DNA of 64,000 nucleotides, from the NCBI RefSeq assembly GCF_009914755.1, contig NC_060940.1; one strand, written 5' to 3'. A program made the translations under genes and the position numbers. Of the stretch, positions 15,673 to 30,984 are shown piece by piece. A model generated the notes under the pieces. It worked only from the letters and a program-made list of their open reading frames with translations, did not search any database and had not been told where the DNA came from. Source of the DNA: the human T2T-CHM13v2.0 reference genome, Homo sapiens. The stretch's first letter is position 1. Each line of letters begins with the position of its first letter.

Positions 15673-16193
15673 TGACTTCTATGATTTTGCATTATCACAT
15701 CTGTATTGATTCAAGCAAGCCAACTAGAATAAATTCTGGCATTTAAACCGATTTTGTGGTTTTTCTGCAAATAAATTCTGCCCCCAAATAACCTCCAACT
15801 TTCTGGAAGCAGTCAGCAGGAGTACAGTTCTGAAGATAACTTTCTTTAAAAAAGGAAATTCATAAAATATCATGCATCTTCCTTTTTTGACACTAATGGA
15901 ACAATTTAATGTAATTTCAGAGGGAAGCAGAGCCCCTGGAAAGGCTGGTGTGATAAGGGAAGGTTACCCAGCTTTCCTGTCAGGCGGTGTGTGGGAGCAG
16001 AGAGTGGCATTCTCTGCATACTCTTGGGGAGAAGAGTGGGTGAGACAGGCTGCTCAGGGCTGGGGCAGAGCCCAGGGGAAGGGGATGGAAGGGGAAGAAC
16101 AGCCCTTCAAGAGTCCTGCAGAAATTGGTGGAAGTTATTTAACAGAAGTGTTCGGCTCCACCCAGCACATTCTGTTGCCTTCTACATACAGAG

Positions 16194-16551
16194 TGTGTTA
16201 GTCTGTTCTCATGCTGCTAATAAAGACACACCTGAGACCAGGTAATTTATAAAGGAAAGAGGTTTAATGGACTCACAGTTCCACATGGCTGGGGAGGCCT
16301 CACGATCATGGCAGAAGGCAAATGAGGGGCAAAGTCACGTCTTACATGGTGGCAGGCAGGAGACAGCATGTGCAGGGGAACTCCCATTTATGAAACCGTC
16401 AGATCACCTGAGATTTATTCACTACCATGAGAACAGTATGGGGGAAACCACCCCCATGATTCAGTTATTTCCACCTAGCCCCACCCTTGACATGCAGGGA
16501 TTATTACAATTCAAAGTGAGATTTGGGTGGGGCCACAGCCAAACCATATCA
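16194..16551 (-). mobile_element. THE1C-like solo LTR (MaLR)
   Basis: TG..CA ends; GGACTCACAGTTCCACATGGCTGGGGAGGCCTCAC; 5-bp TSD CAGAG/CAGGG. Confidence 0.9.
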
Positions 16552-16579
16552 CAGGGTAATGAAGAATGTGTGCCCAAGT

Positions 16580-16745
16580 AGTAGAGGGCTTAAGAAAACC
16601 ACTCTTGGGCTCTGAGTCTCTCTAGGTCTCAGTTTCCTCATCTTTCAAATGGCAATATTAATAAGACCCACCTCATAGGGATTGTGTGGGGTTTAAATGA
16701 GAAAAGACAGGTAAGGTGCTGGTACCTTATAAGTGATTAAGCTGC
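16580..16745 (+). mobile_element. MIR
   Basis: TCTCAGTTTCCTCATCT..ACCTCATAGGGATTGTGTG.GG.TTAAATGAG. Confidence 0.7.
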
Positions 16746-16875
16746 CATTAAGGTATTGGGGACTTAGTGCTTGTCCTTGAAGAGCTTTCGGTCTCGTGAG
16801 GAGACAGCCTGATCGTTATAAACTATTATAGAAAATGGGAAGAAATAAGGGTTGAGGTGTGATAAAGATGTGCTA

Positions 16876-17165
<290 letters not shown>

Positions 17166-17534
17166 AGATATGCTATACCCTCATATCACAATAATGCCAG
17201 GAAATAGATCATTAATTCTGAACCCTAATTCTTGGGTGGGCATCAAGGCAGGCCTCACAAGAAGAAGACATTTGAGTTGAATCTTATAGGCTCAGCTGGG
17301 TTCCAACAGCAAAGACTTAGGGAAAGGGCAGAGCAGGCAGGGGAACAGTAAGAGCAAAGGCTTGAAGGCATGGAAGTTCATGGGTAATTACTGACTGAGA
17401 TGTTTGGTGTTATGGTGCATAGAACACTATCGGATGATAATGAAAACATTGAATTCCAGCATGTTTAGAAGGACATTGGCTGATAAAAATGACGTCTTAA
17501 TAGTTATCTGTGGACAAATTTGTAAATGTAAAAG

Positions 17535-17832
17535 AGTTGTAGACTCAAATCCTACAGAAATTAGGCAGGAGACCTAAATGAGTGAAGTGGGTGGGTATAA
17601 AACAGAGGTGGTGGCAGGAACCCATGTTGAATTGAATAGTGGGTGTTTTGTTTAAAGGGGCACCAGTAGTAATTTTTCCTCTGTTGGAATATGATCCTAG
17701 GGCTGCCAGCTCTTCTACTTTTTCAAGAGAAGCCAGAAATCTGGATTTCATGCAAAATTTCTTGTTTTTCTTTTTATTAAAGACATGGTATGGACCAAAA
17801 AAAGATGTCTCTAGGCTAGATCTCTGCAACCT
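17535..17832 (-). mobile_element. MER102 (hAT-Charlie)
   Basis: ACTCAAAT.CCTACAG..AAATGAGTGAAG..TTTTTCAAGAGAAGCCAGAAATCTGGATTT. Confidence 0.7.
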
Positions 17833-18469
17833 CTCATCTATACTCTATTTGCATTTTTAAAGACTATATGCAAATGTTATTTAGCAGAGCTACCTAGTTT
17901 TTTTGTGTGATGATAGCATGTGAAAGAGCTATGATACATCTTGGAAATGTCAACTTTGAAATATACAGTGACTGTGTTGGTCACTACAGAATGATCTCTG
18001 CAGAAACTTCAGTTACATTTTCTCTAAATGACACCTTTGCTTTGACAACACATTTTCAAAAAGAAAAATAGCAAACTACCCTTCCTCCAGGGCCTTAGCC
18101 ACAGTAGCTCCTGCCAGCATAACACAATGCTGCACCTTACTGAGGGATCAGGAAATGTGGTTTGATTTATAATTATGGCTTCATGGGTAGAATGGTGGCC
18201 AATGTCCACATGAGCCACACTCAGTGGCTAAGATCCAGAGGGCATTTAATTTAGGTAGCCAGTGTTACAGACATAGTTTAGATTTTTGCAGCCTTGACCA
18301 ATCTTAATAGATCTGTCTGTTCTTTAGAGTTACCTTTTTTTCCTGCCTCCTAGCTACCTACACCTTTTAATGCTAAATGTAGTTAGCTAGTGAATGCTGT
18401 TATTTGAATCTTAAAATTTCAGGTTGGGACAGAACCTTAAAATTCATGTATTTCAACCACCCTTTGTAT

Positions 18470-18945
18470 GAGGCAGGAATCTTGGTTATGACAGGTGACA
18501 GAAAATTCAAACTAGCTTAATTCAGAAGGGAATTTATTGCCTTTATAAAACCAAAAAGTCCAAGGGTAGCTGCCTTCAGGTATTGTCTGATCCAGGGGTT
18601 TGTTATGTTTCCAGGACATGGTTTCCTTTATTCCATCTCTGCTTATGTATTGGCTCCCTTCTCAGATGGAAGAGACTCCCCTCATCAAGGTGAGATGGCT
18701 ATGGAAGCTCTACTCACATTTCCTCTAGGTTCAAGTCCATGTAGAGAAGAGCACCTCTTTCTCTTGTTATATCTCACAGGCTCTAAATTAGCTACTAGGG
18801 CCAGTGAAAAAGCAATGTGCTGATTGACCACCCTTATCTACTCTTGGAGTTCCGGATGGAATTAACACTACCTGAATTATGTGGACCAAGAGTGGGAAAG
18901 GAATAGTTCTCCAGAAGGATATTTGGTATTGTTATTAAAATAAGG
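18470..18945 (-). mobile_element. MLT1J/K-like MaLR LTR
   Basis: GTGACAGAAAATTCAAACTAGCTTAA..GGGAATTTATTG..CTTCAGG.A...CTGATCCAGGGG. Confidence 0.6.
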
Positions 18946-19364
18946 TTAATTGAATACTCACTGAACCATCTAATGCTTGAATTCCCTTCATAGCACGCCA
19001 TTGGTGACTGTCCAATCTTCAGTTACTAACATGCTACCCCCAAAATGGTGTGTTTGTGCAGCTCTAATAATGACAGGGTTTCTCCTAATACTGAGATGAT
19101 ATTGGCATCTCCATAGTTCCAGACATTATTTCTGGTCCCAACCATAATCAACCTGTTTTGACACGGGTGAACATGTAAGGGAAGGGATTGCTCATTGTGG
19201 TCACAGAAGTAACCTACCCAATAGAAGCACACCAACTTGAAGCATGCTTCCATGATCACTGAGGGAGGAAAATGATTGGCAAGTCTCGTATTGGTCCTTG
19301 AAGCGCTCCCTATAAACACTTGTCACTGCCAAGCGTGTATCACTGGCCAAAGCAAGTCACATTG

Positions 19365-19749
19365 TGATATGATTAGACTTTGTGTCCCCACCCAAATCTC
19401 ATCTTGAATTGTAATCCCCATAATCCCCATGTGTCTAGGGAGAGAACTGGTGGGAGGTGAATGGATCATAGGGGCAGTTTCTCCCATGCTGTTCTCATGA
19501 TACTGAGTGAGTTCTCACAAGAGCTGATGGTTTTATAAGGGGCTCCTCCCCCTTCACTCCTCACTCTTCTCTCTCCCGTAGCCATGTGAGAAGGTCCAAG
19601 CTTGCTTCCCCTTCGCCTTCTGTCATAATTGTAAGTTTCCTGAGGCCTCCCCAACCATGCGGAACTGTGAGTCATTTAAATCTCTTTCCTCTAGAAATTA
19701 CCCAGTCTCGGGTAGTATCATGATAGCAGTGTGAGAACCGACTAATACG
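19365..19749 (+). mobile_element. THE1D-like solo LTR nested in an older MLT1-like LTR
   Basis: TGATATG.TTAG.CTTTGTGTCCCCACCCAAATCTCATC...GACTAATAC; TSD CATTG/CATGG; flanks rejoin as GCAAGTCACATGGCCATGCCTAACTTCAA. Confidence 0.9.
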
Positions 19750-20034
19750 CATGGCCATGCCTAACTTCAAAGCGGCTGGGCAAGTATCATATTGCTGTGT
19801 ACTTGGGAGGAGGGGAGAATCAGAATATTTGATCTGGCGACCACCACACAACTGAACTTCTCTATTTCTGTGTTCTTCTTGTTAACCATCTAGTTTCTGT
19901 TTCCTCTTGTGACACATATATTAATTAATTTTTCAATACCCAAACACAAGCCTCTAATATTTATCTTTGTTTAGTTACTTCCTAATAAACTAAGATATCT
20001 CTACATCCTGATCCTAAAATTCAAAGGCTCCACG

Positions 20035-20245
20035 TATACCATGGTGACTAGTTAATTCCAATATATTGCATAGTTGAAAATTGCCAAGAGAGTAGATTTT
20101 AAGTGTTCTCACTACGAAAAAATGCATATGTTAAATAGCTTGATTTAGCCATTTCACTATGTATACATGTAGGAAAACATCATGTTGTACACTACAGATG
20201 TATACAATTTTTACTTGTCAATTATAAACAACAACAACAAAACTG
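20035..20245 (+). mobile_element. L1MA 3' end
   Basis: AAATTGCCAAGAGAGTAGATTTTAAGTGTTCTCAC..TAGCTTGATTTAGCCATT. Confidence 0.85.
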
Positions 20246-21348
20246 CAAAGTCTCCTTAGACCCACCCAATCACATGTTGTCTGCTCATTTAATGAGTAAA
20301 TGCTATATAGGTTCATTCTGGACCTGGGTAAAATGATTTACAGACTGGGACCAAGTGGGAGGACCCTATTTCAATTCATTAGGTAAGGTCTTCCAGGTCA
20401 ATATTTGACCATTGATTGGCACATCTGGGGTATAGTTATTTAACTGCCTTCTAGTTTACCTCAATATGACCCCTCAGTGGAGGGAAAATGGAGCACAATG
20501 ACTAGAAGAATGTTGAGAGATGAGGAAAGAGAGAATGGGATGGAAAGAACATAAAATAGGAAAGCATTGACATTGTCACTTCTTGGCTATTTCTTCCTGT
20601 AAAATTTTGCCTGGAGTGCCCTACAATGGGGTCCCCATCCTCTGCCCTGATAACATCTTAGTGGATCACTCCTCTCTCCCTTTTCATTCTGCAGGACTTG
20701 CCCATTGGGGCTCTTTCAGACCTGACTGGTCATTGGGTATCTGTGGCCATGATAATCACTCTCTTCCTGGACGTGACCCTCCTCTCGTTAACCAGGATGC
20801 CTGTGTTCTTAAGGTTGGCCGTTTCCAAGGACAGAGAGCTTGCATCCCATTTCTAGGGGACTGGGGATCCAAGGACTCCATTCTTGACATTGTCTTGTCA
20901 GCCTTGAAGTGCCGAAACCCAGCATCCCTGTCTGAGGTCATCCTATCTCTCTTCCAAACATGAGGACTTCTTAAATTTTTTAAAAAAAGTTTTTACTTGT
21001 ATAAATTGAGAAGGCACAAGTGCAATTTTGTTACATGGATATGTTATTTAGTGGTAGAATCTGTGCTTTTGGTATGTCCATCACCCAGATAGGGTACCCT
21101 GTACTCATTAAGTGATTTCTTATCCTTCACTCCCCCACCCAACCCTTCCAAGAAGGATGACTATTACTCAACAGTCATTCAGTAGCCATTGGAGAATGAC
21201 TATTATTCCATACTCTGTGTCTATGTGTATTATATAGTTCCCATTTATAACTAAGAATATGCATTATTTGACTTTCTCTTTCTGAGTTTTTTTTTTTTAA
21301 GATAATGGCTTTGGGTTCCATCCTGTTGCTGCAAAAGACATGATTTCA

Positions 21349-21623
21349 GACTGGGCATGGTGGCTCATGCCTGTCATATTAGCACACTGGGAGGCTGACG
21401 AAGGAAGATCACTTGAGCCCAGGAGTTTGAAACCAGCCTGAGCAACTTGGTGAGACTCCGGCTCTATAAAAATTAAATTAGCCAGGCATCGTGTTGTGTA
21501 CCTGTGGTCCCAGTTTCTTGAGAGGCTGAGGCAGGAGGATCTCTTGAGCCCAGGAGTTCAAGGCTGCAGTGAGCTATGATCACACAACTGCCCCCCCGCC
21601 TGGGTGACAGAGTGAGACCCTGT
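21349..21623 (+). mobile_element. AluJ lacking an A-tail
   Basis: sense Alu, GAGCCCAGGAGTTCAAGGCTGCAGTGAGCTATGAT. Confidence 0.88.
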
Positions 21624-21625
21624 TT

Positions 21626-21880
<255 letters not shown>

Positions 21881-21917
21881 AAGGTCTTACTCTTTTTTAT
21901 GGCTGAGTAGTATTCTA

Positions 21918-22055
21918 TTGTGTGTATGTATATATAGATATACATACATATACCACACACATACGTGTATATATGTATATATATGGTGGTATGTGTGTCT
22001 ATATACACACAATGATATGTATATTAATATATATGTATATATAAATATATATACA
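21918..22055. repeat. (TA/TG/CA)n alternating low-complexity repeat
   Basis: TGTGTGTATGTATATATAG...ATATATATACA. Confidence 0.85.
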
Positions 22056-22289
22056 TTTTCTTTATCCAGTCATCCATTGATTGATGCTTAAGTTGATTCC
22101 ATATCTTTGCTATTGTACTGTGATAAACGTATGAGTGCAGGCATCTTTTATATAATAATTTCTTCTTTGGATAGCTGCCCAAAATTCAGGTAAAAGATCT
22201 CAGTCTACAAGGCAGCTCCCAAGCTTCAAAAAATTGTCCTGCCAGATTTTTAAAAGCAAGTTTTCTCAAAAGCTTCGATGTATACATTG

Positions 22290-24050
<1,761 letters not shown>

Positions 24051-24061
24051 GTATCTAGTGG

Positions 24062-24374
<313 letters not shown>

Positions 24375-24699
24375 TGTATCCAGTGTTTAAGGAGATGTTT
24401 TGTCAGATAAAGCTGGAGTTTTGTAATGGAGTTTTGGAGATGGGGAAGGGCAGACTGGCTTAAGAGGGTGCTGCATAAGAGATGGCTCAGAGGAGAGAAA
24501 GTGTACGATGTTTTCAGGACAAATTAGTCCTTCACCATGGCAGGAATCTAGGCGGCCGAAGGACATTTGTGGGAAATTGTAGCAGAAAATACGAGGAGGA
24601 CTTTGATGCCAGGCCACAGAGTTTGCAGTCCTTTTTGGAGACTCAGGGGAGTTATTGAACAATTAGAAACTAAAGGCTGATGTGACCTCCACAGGATAC

Positions 24700-24930
24700 T
24701 GGCTAAACGCATGAACTCTTGAACCAGATGGACCTGGATTTAAGTCTGGATTCTGCCATTTCCTTGCTGTGTGGCCTTAGGCAGATTATTAACCTCTCTG
24801 AGCCTCAGTTTTCTCATCTGTCAAATAGGAGTGAAATACCTCATAGAGGGTTGTGAAGAGTGAAGTAAACTAATGTGGAGAAGGCATTCTGCAGTGTCTG
24901 GAATTCAGCGACCCCTCAGTACATGTTAAC
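24700..24930 (+). mobile_element. MIR
   Basis: GCTGTGTGGCCTTAGGCAG.TTATTAACCTCTCTGAGCCTCAGTTTTCTCATCTGT. Confidence 0.8.
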
Positions 24931-25640
24931 ACACTAATACTTTCTACGTAATCATACCTGTAACAACACAGAGACGATGGTATTATCTTTACAGCTTGTT
25001 CGCTTCTGTATCCTGAGCATCTAGGACAGTGCCTGGCATGTAATGGATGCTGGAGAAATATTTCTTGGGCAAGAAATGAATTGCACCAGTTTCTTTTTGT
25101 AAGGGATCTATTTTTTTCTTGTCTGGAAAAATACTTTGATAAAACCTTAGGGAAAAGATGAAATTCCCTTTCTTCTGGAGCCTAGATTTCAAAGAGGAGA
25201 GGTTGAGTGCTCTGCAAAGTAGAAGGAGAAGATTTTGGGCAGTGAGGAGGAGAGAATTGATGAGATGGTGGGGCACAGCGTACTATGAAATGTGACTCTT
25301 CCCCCGGGACCCCCGAAAAAATCTTCTGTAACATTTTATATGTGTAAGACATCTCTCTACCATCTGCTATGGTCGAAATGGGATTTGTAGAGAGCTCATG
25401 TGATTCTCAAACCTCCTAGTAACTCTGCTTACATGGAGAGACAGCTGTCTCCAAGCCAGCTGTTGTCTTTTGGAAAGCTTTAATCTGGGGGAAGATAACA
25501 CCTTGAGAAAAGATGTCAGGATTGGAGGCAGATGTTGACGGAGCCAGTTTCTAATGCCCCAAGGCAGCCACACTTTGTATGGATTGTATGGATGGGCAGG
25601 TGCACAAGGTGAGTTATTTTTTTCCCTACCCAGAAATTTA

Positions 25641-25933
<293 letters not shown>

Positions 25934-27180
25934 TATGAAGTTGCTCTTTTGAAGAGCATTCTAATGACTTATCTGGAGATTCTAGGAAAGAAATTAAATT
26001 CAGCTTTCAATGTCTGTCTTTCTAGATTTCTTCCTTCTAACGTTATTGTTGTTATGTCCTCAAACAAAAACATTTAGTACTTATTATGAGCTTCATAGGG
26101 TTGTTGTGGATTAATACATGTAAAGCTCTTAGTGCAATACACGACACATAGATAACATTTAATTTTATTATCGTTACTGTTGGGTAGCACTCAGTTCATG
26201 AAATTCCCACACACAGTCAAGTGGTAAATGCTATTACTTTGTAAATATCATCGATGAGGAACCTGAAGCTCACAGAGGTTGATGACTTGCCTAGGATCGC
26301 TCAGAAAGCAGGCAGCAGAGCTGATTGCCATGGTAACCATTTCCAAGCTTCAGTGCCCAGAGATGGACCCAGTCTGGCATGGGCTTATCCCCTGGAGCAC
26401 TGTGAGTGTCTTGACAGATAAGTAAAGGAAGTCTTTAATTTCTGAAAAATGCCCAGCTGTGATTGGCATTGTTAGGGGTCAGTGAAGACACGCTCAAAGA
26501 CCTTACTGTCCAGCTTTTTTATCTTTCACCTTTAATGCCGCTGTTAGCCCCAGGAGCTAACCAAAGGGGAGTTTTCTTTATCAGTTCCAAGAGGGATGCC
26601 ATGGTTGTCCCAAGATTCTGGAGCTAAAGGTGGGACCAGGACCAGAATTCAGTTTCTGTGTTTCCAAATTCAGTTCTATTCTCCTCTCAGTAGACCAGGA
26701 GGCCTCCAGACAAGACAGATGGCAGACAGCTACAGTAGTTTAAAATAGCCTGAGCTCACTTCTGAGGTAGACATGTGCGTGGAGTGAGCTGGAAGACAGG
26801 GACCCCTGTGTGGGAAAGATTTTGGCAAAGAGAAGCCCAGTGGGGAGTTCTGATGCTAGGCTGAGTGTCATCAGGTTGGGGTGAGGGTGTGAGAAGAGAC
26901 CTGAGCAGGTGCCAACCTGAGGCTGAGTGGGGAGGAGAGAAGCGAGAGGACAGGTGCCAGGCAAGATGCGGCACTGCCAATCAGTAGAAGCTTCCTCCCT
27001 CCTTTCCAGCTGTGCTACCGAGACGGGGAGGTCAGGTGGTCGTTCTGGGAGGGCTGGTGCCTTTTACTTCCCGGCCTTCTGGTCTGCTGGGTCTTGGAGT
27101 CCAGTGCAAAATAATGAAGTTCCTATAAAGACAGTTTGTATAGATCCTTTTAGGATGACTTGAAAGCCTATGCATTTCCT

Positions 27181-27750
27181 TAACAATGATCAATTCTTGG
27201 CTAATCCTCTTTCATCCATATCCGCACCCAATGCTTTTCACTCCATTTCCATACTGGATGTTTTGAAATAAATCCCAGACACCATATAATTTCAGTAATT
27301 ATCAATCTCAATATCACAGAAAGTCAAATAGACATTATATATCTTCTAATATGATGCAAATAGAAGTGGCCAATGCTATCTATGCAATATTATTACTAAA
27401 GATCTAACCAAATTTACAGGAAATACAGAGAATATGTAGGAAATTCTACATAGAAATAACTTGATTTCTTCACGAAACCAGTGGCATGGAAGTGTGAAAA
27501 AAATAGAATTAAAAGATATAGCAATCTAAGATAGTGTGTGGACCTCATTTGGAAATAAATTCAAACAAATCATCCATAAAGAAAACATTGTGAGATAATC
27601 AAGGAGAAGGAAACATTAACTGAAATATAAAATGATAATAAAGAATTGTTATTGCTTTTACTGGGTGGGATAATGGAATTGTGGTTGCTTTTTTGTTGTT
27701 CTTATCTGTGGAGATATGCTGAAGAATTTATGGGTAAAATAAAACTAAGC
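27181..27750. mobile_element. old L1MC/ME 3' fragments
   Basis: TTTGAAATAAATCCCAGACA (antisense) followed by sense AATTTACAGGAAATACAG..GTGTGGACCTCATTTGG..GAATTGTTA. Confidence 0.55.
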
Positions 27751-28379
27751 GATGCTAGGTGGGGAGGAACCTATGCATTTCCTACTTTTTGGCAAAAAGG
27801 CCCCAAGGTGTAGTCCCTAGCACCTATGTTCGAACAATGTGACCCAGCATTCCTGCTGATCCCTGACTGAACCAGGTATGGCTCCACTTGATCCTCTCTC
27901 TGGGGACTGGGAGTTAGCATTCAGAAATGCCAGCTAGCCTCCATCAACAGCAGACTGGAAGGATCAGGCATCTCAGGAATCATGCAATGTGCATCAAAAA
28001 ATAGAGAAAGCTTATCTTCAGAGAGACAGACAAGTGAAGCTGGCTCAGAGGTCATGTGGACCAGAGGGATGGGGGAAGCAGTTGCCTTGGTTCCTGACAA
28101 TCCTGCATTGAAGTCAAACTGCTGTTCCTTTCCCTGGTTTCTGTTTCCTTGTAACAGACTTATTCCTTTGCTTGAACTGGGGGCTTTTAGTGGGGTTCTG
28201 TTGCTTGCAAATCTTAAGTACTCTGAGAAACAGCTAAGGAGATGAAGATGGAAAACTTTGTCATGAAGGGAATGGGTTACTGGAATCTTTCTGGAGGGAG
28301 AATTTCAGAATTACGAGGATGCAGTTCTGATTGAAGGGGGTCTTGTGGGTATCTGGGATTTGGAAGTGAGAATGAATGC

Positions 28380-28817
28380 TGTAGCAGATGCTATTAGCTA
28401 CCCATCCAATGGCGATTCCTTCTTTGTTTCTAGTTTTGTTCGGTGGCAATGTGCCCAGGGGACAGTGCATGCATGACCCATGATTATTTCCCTTTCAGTG
28501 ATTGGTCTGGAAGTGGGCGCTGGACCCAGTTTGGGTCATGTAGGAAAGACTCTTTCTTTTCATCCTTTCTTCCTGCTCTGGAGGCTGTTAGGTGAGGACA
28601 TAATTGTTGGAGCTATGGCAGCCACATTATGACTATGAACAGGTGCCTAGATTTATAGCAACACTGACTGAGAGCACTGTCATTCTTGAGACACTCATAC
28701 CTCCTTCTTTCAGACTTTATTATTTTGGGGATGATATTTATTGATGAGCCCCTTTTGGTTAAGTTGCATATGGTTGGCTCTTCTGTTAATTCAAGCCAGA
28801 AGATTCTTAATTGATAC
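28380..28817 (+). mobile_element. MLT1J/K-like LTR
   Basis: TGTAGCAGATGCT..GTGATTGGTCTG..GGAGCTATGGCAGCCA..TTCTTAATTGATACA. Confidence 0.55.
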
Positions 28818-28987
28818 AGTTAGGCTTCATAATTTGGAGGTTTGGGAGGAAAATGAGGTGAAAGAGCATGCATTGTTGGGGAAGATAATATTTTAAATCA
28901 GAAAATTAACATTTTCTACCAGAAGACCTTCAATTATTATATTATAGACTGGTTTGCAGAGCCTTTTGAGAGTGGTGTGAACTGATA

Positions 28988-29425
28988 TCCATCCATCCAT
29001 CCATCCATCCATCCATCCATCCATCCATCCATCCATCATCTTCTGTTTGTTGATTTTCTATCCATCCATCCATTCATCCATCCATCTATCCATCCATCCA
29101 TTCGTCCATCCATCTATCCATCTATCCACTCCATCCATCCATCCATCCATCCATCCATCCATCCATCCACCCATCCATCCATCTTCTGTTTGTCGATTTT
29201 CTATTCATCCATCCATCCATCCATCCATCCATCCATCATCTTGTTTGTCAATTTTCTACCCATCCATCCATCCATCCATCCTTCCATTCATCCATCCATC
29301 CATCCATCCACCTACCTCATCCATCCATCCATCCATCCATCCATCCATCATCTTCTGTTTGTTGATTTTCTACCCACTCATCCATCCATCCATCCATCCA
29401 TCCATCCATCCATCCATCCACCCAT
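28988..29425. repeat. composite (CCAT)n microsatellite/minisatellite
   Basis: CCAT runs with four copies of a spacer like CATCTTCTGTTTGTTGATTTTCTA. Confidence 0.95.
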
Positions 29426-30502
29426 TTGACTTTCTTTTTACGAAACTTTCCCTTTGATCAATGGAGGATTTCCTTCCTGGACTTGCTTGGTTCTGTCTAT
29501 TATCAGCTGGGTATAAAATGCTTTTCCTTCTTCAGTTAGGTCACGTGTAGAGAATTGATATTAGATAGCTATGGTGAGGAGTGAATGGGATTCTGCCTGG
29601 GCCTCTCTCTAGGGACACTTTGCCTTCTGCAGTGTCTGGCATTTCTAAGAAACGTTGATTTTTAGGCATTGAGGAAAAAAGCTGTTTTTTTTTTTTTTGA
29701 CATTAAAAGCTCTAATTTTCCCTTATTTTATTCCCTGGAGCTTCTTTCAACATATTCAAGCACTGTTGGCTTCAGGCGTGGCTTTGTGGGCTGGAAAGGG
29801 CCAGGGTATGTTTTCAGAGGAATCCTGTGGGATTGAATTAGGAATGCTGCCTTCAGGGGATAAGTATTATTTTAATAGGAAGATATTCTTTATTTTTTGA
29901 TTCTTAGGAATTGCTGTTTCTCATGTAGATGTACTTACCTTTGTTACATTAATAAGTTCCATAAAATATTTTCAGCGTATAGAATTTTTATATATCTAGA
30001 CCATTGTCTGTTTCAGGTTAGGAATGGTCAGTGTTTATACGTGCGCCTAATCCCTTGTAGTCTGTTCGTTACTGGGATGGTGGTGATGGGGGCACTAGAG
30101 GGTGGAATTTGCGCACATGGAGAGAGGAGATGGTGCATGTCAGTGTGTTTTCCAGTTGAGGCCCTTGGGGTTGTGGGTGGGGAGGAAAGAGGAGGAGGAG
30201 GAAGCCAGTGTGGTAGGAGTGTGATCCACATTCTCAGGAAGAACCATATTTGATTTCATTTAGAAAACGGAATTCTTACTTCTTGAACAAAGTTGGCTTT
30301 TCTTCTCTGAACGTGGCCTTTGCAAATGCTTGAGTCTTTGAGTATGGTGATGACTGAGTGAGAGGAGGGATTTGCTTGGGGCAGCAGGCACATCTGGAAC
30401 CATTGACCACAAACCTGGCTGAGCACAGAGCCACCCGGATGATGGGCTTAATAGGTACAAACTGGGAACTTCCCCTCAGGCATGCCAACTCAGGAGGTTG
30501 TC

Positions 30503-30669
30503 ACCAGTGGCTGCAGCTTGGAGTGATCTGGGGATCTTTTAAATGCCCCAATGCCCTGCCTCTACCTCTGTCAGTGAAAGCAGGCTGTCTGGGAGTAGAA
30601 TCAGAGCAGCAGTATTCATTAAAGGCTCTCCAGGTGACTGTCATCAGCATCCAGGTTTGAGAGCCACTG
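30503..30669. mobile_element. MER5A-like (hAT-Charlie)
   Basis: CAGTGG..GCTCTCCAGGTGA.T..CAGGTTTGAGAGCCACTG. Confidence 0.6.
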
Positions 30670-30984
30670 TGGGGAAATAATCTGTACTTTCTATAAAGCC
30701 AGAAGCAGTCAGTTTTCTGAACATCACTGATTAGACCGTAGCCATTTTCCAGTATGGACAAAGTAGGTTCTCTCCTGCCATCCCCCAGCTGCAGCAAACT
30801 TCTCACTAATGGGCATGCTTTGAGAAACACCAAACTGCAGGGACCCAAAGGAGCATACAATTAACGTTAAATCACACCAGCTTTGGGCATATATATCCCT
30901 CCTCCACCCCAAAATCTCTTTTAAAATAGTGTTTTAAATGTATTTTTTGTAGTATGTTCACAGGACTCAAAAAAAAATACAAAA

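Noticed and set aside
20583-20963. 126-aa ORF in unique DNA with an acceptor-like TTTTCATTCTGCAG
   Set aside because: Non-ATG start, no recognisable domain, no convincing donor.
28988-29425. Repeat-spacer pattern superficially like a CRISPR array
   Set aside because: Eukaryotic DNA; the intervening sequences are CCAT runs of variable length, and there are no cas genes.
29047-29457. 136-aa HPSI-repeat ORF
   Set aside because: Artefact of the stop-free (CCAT)n repeat.
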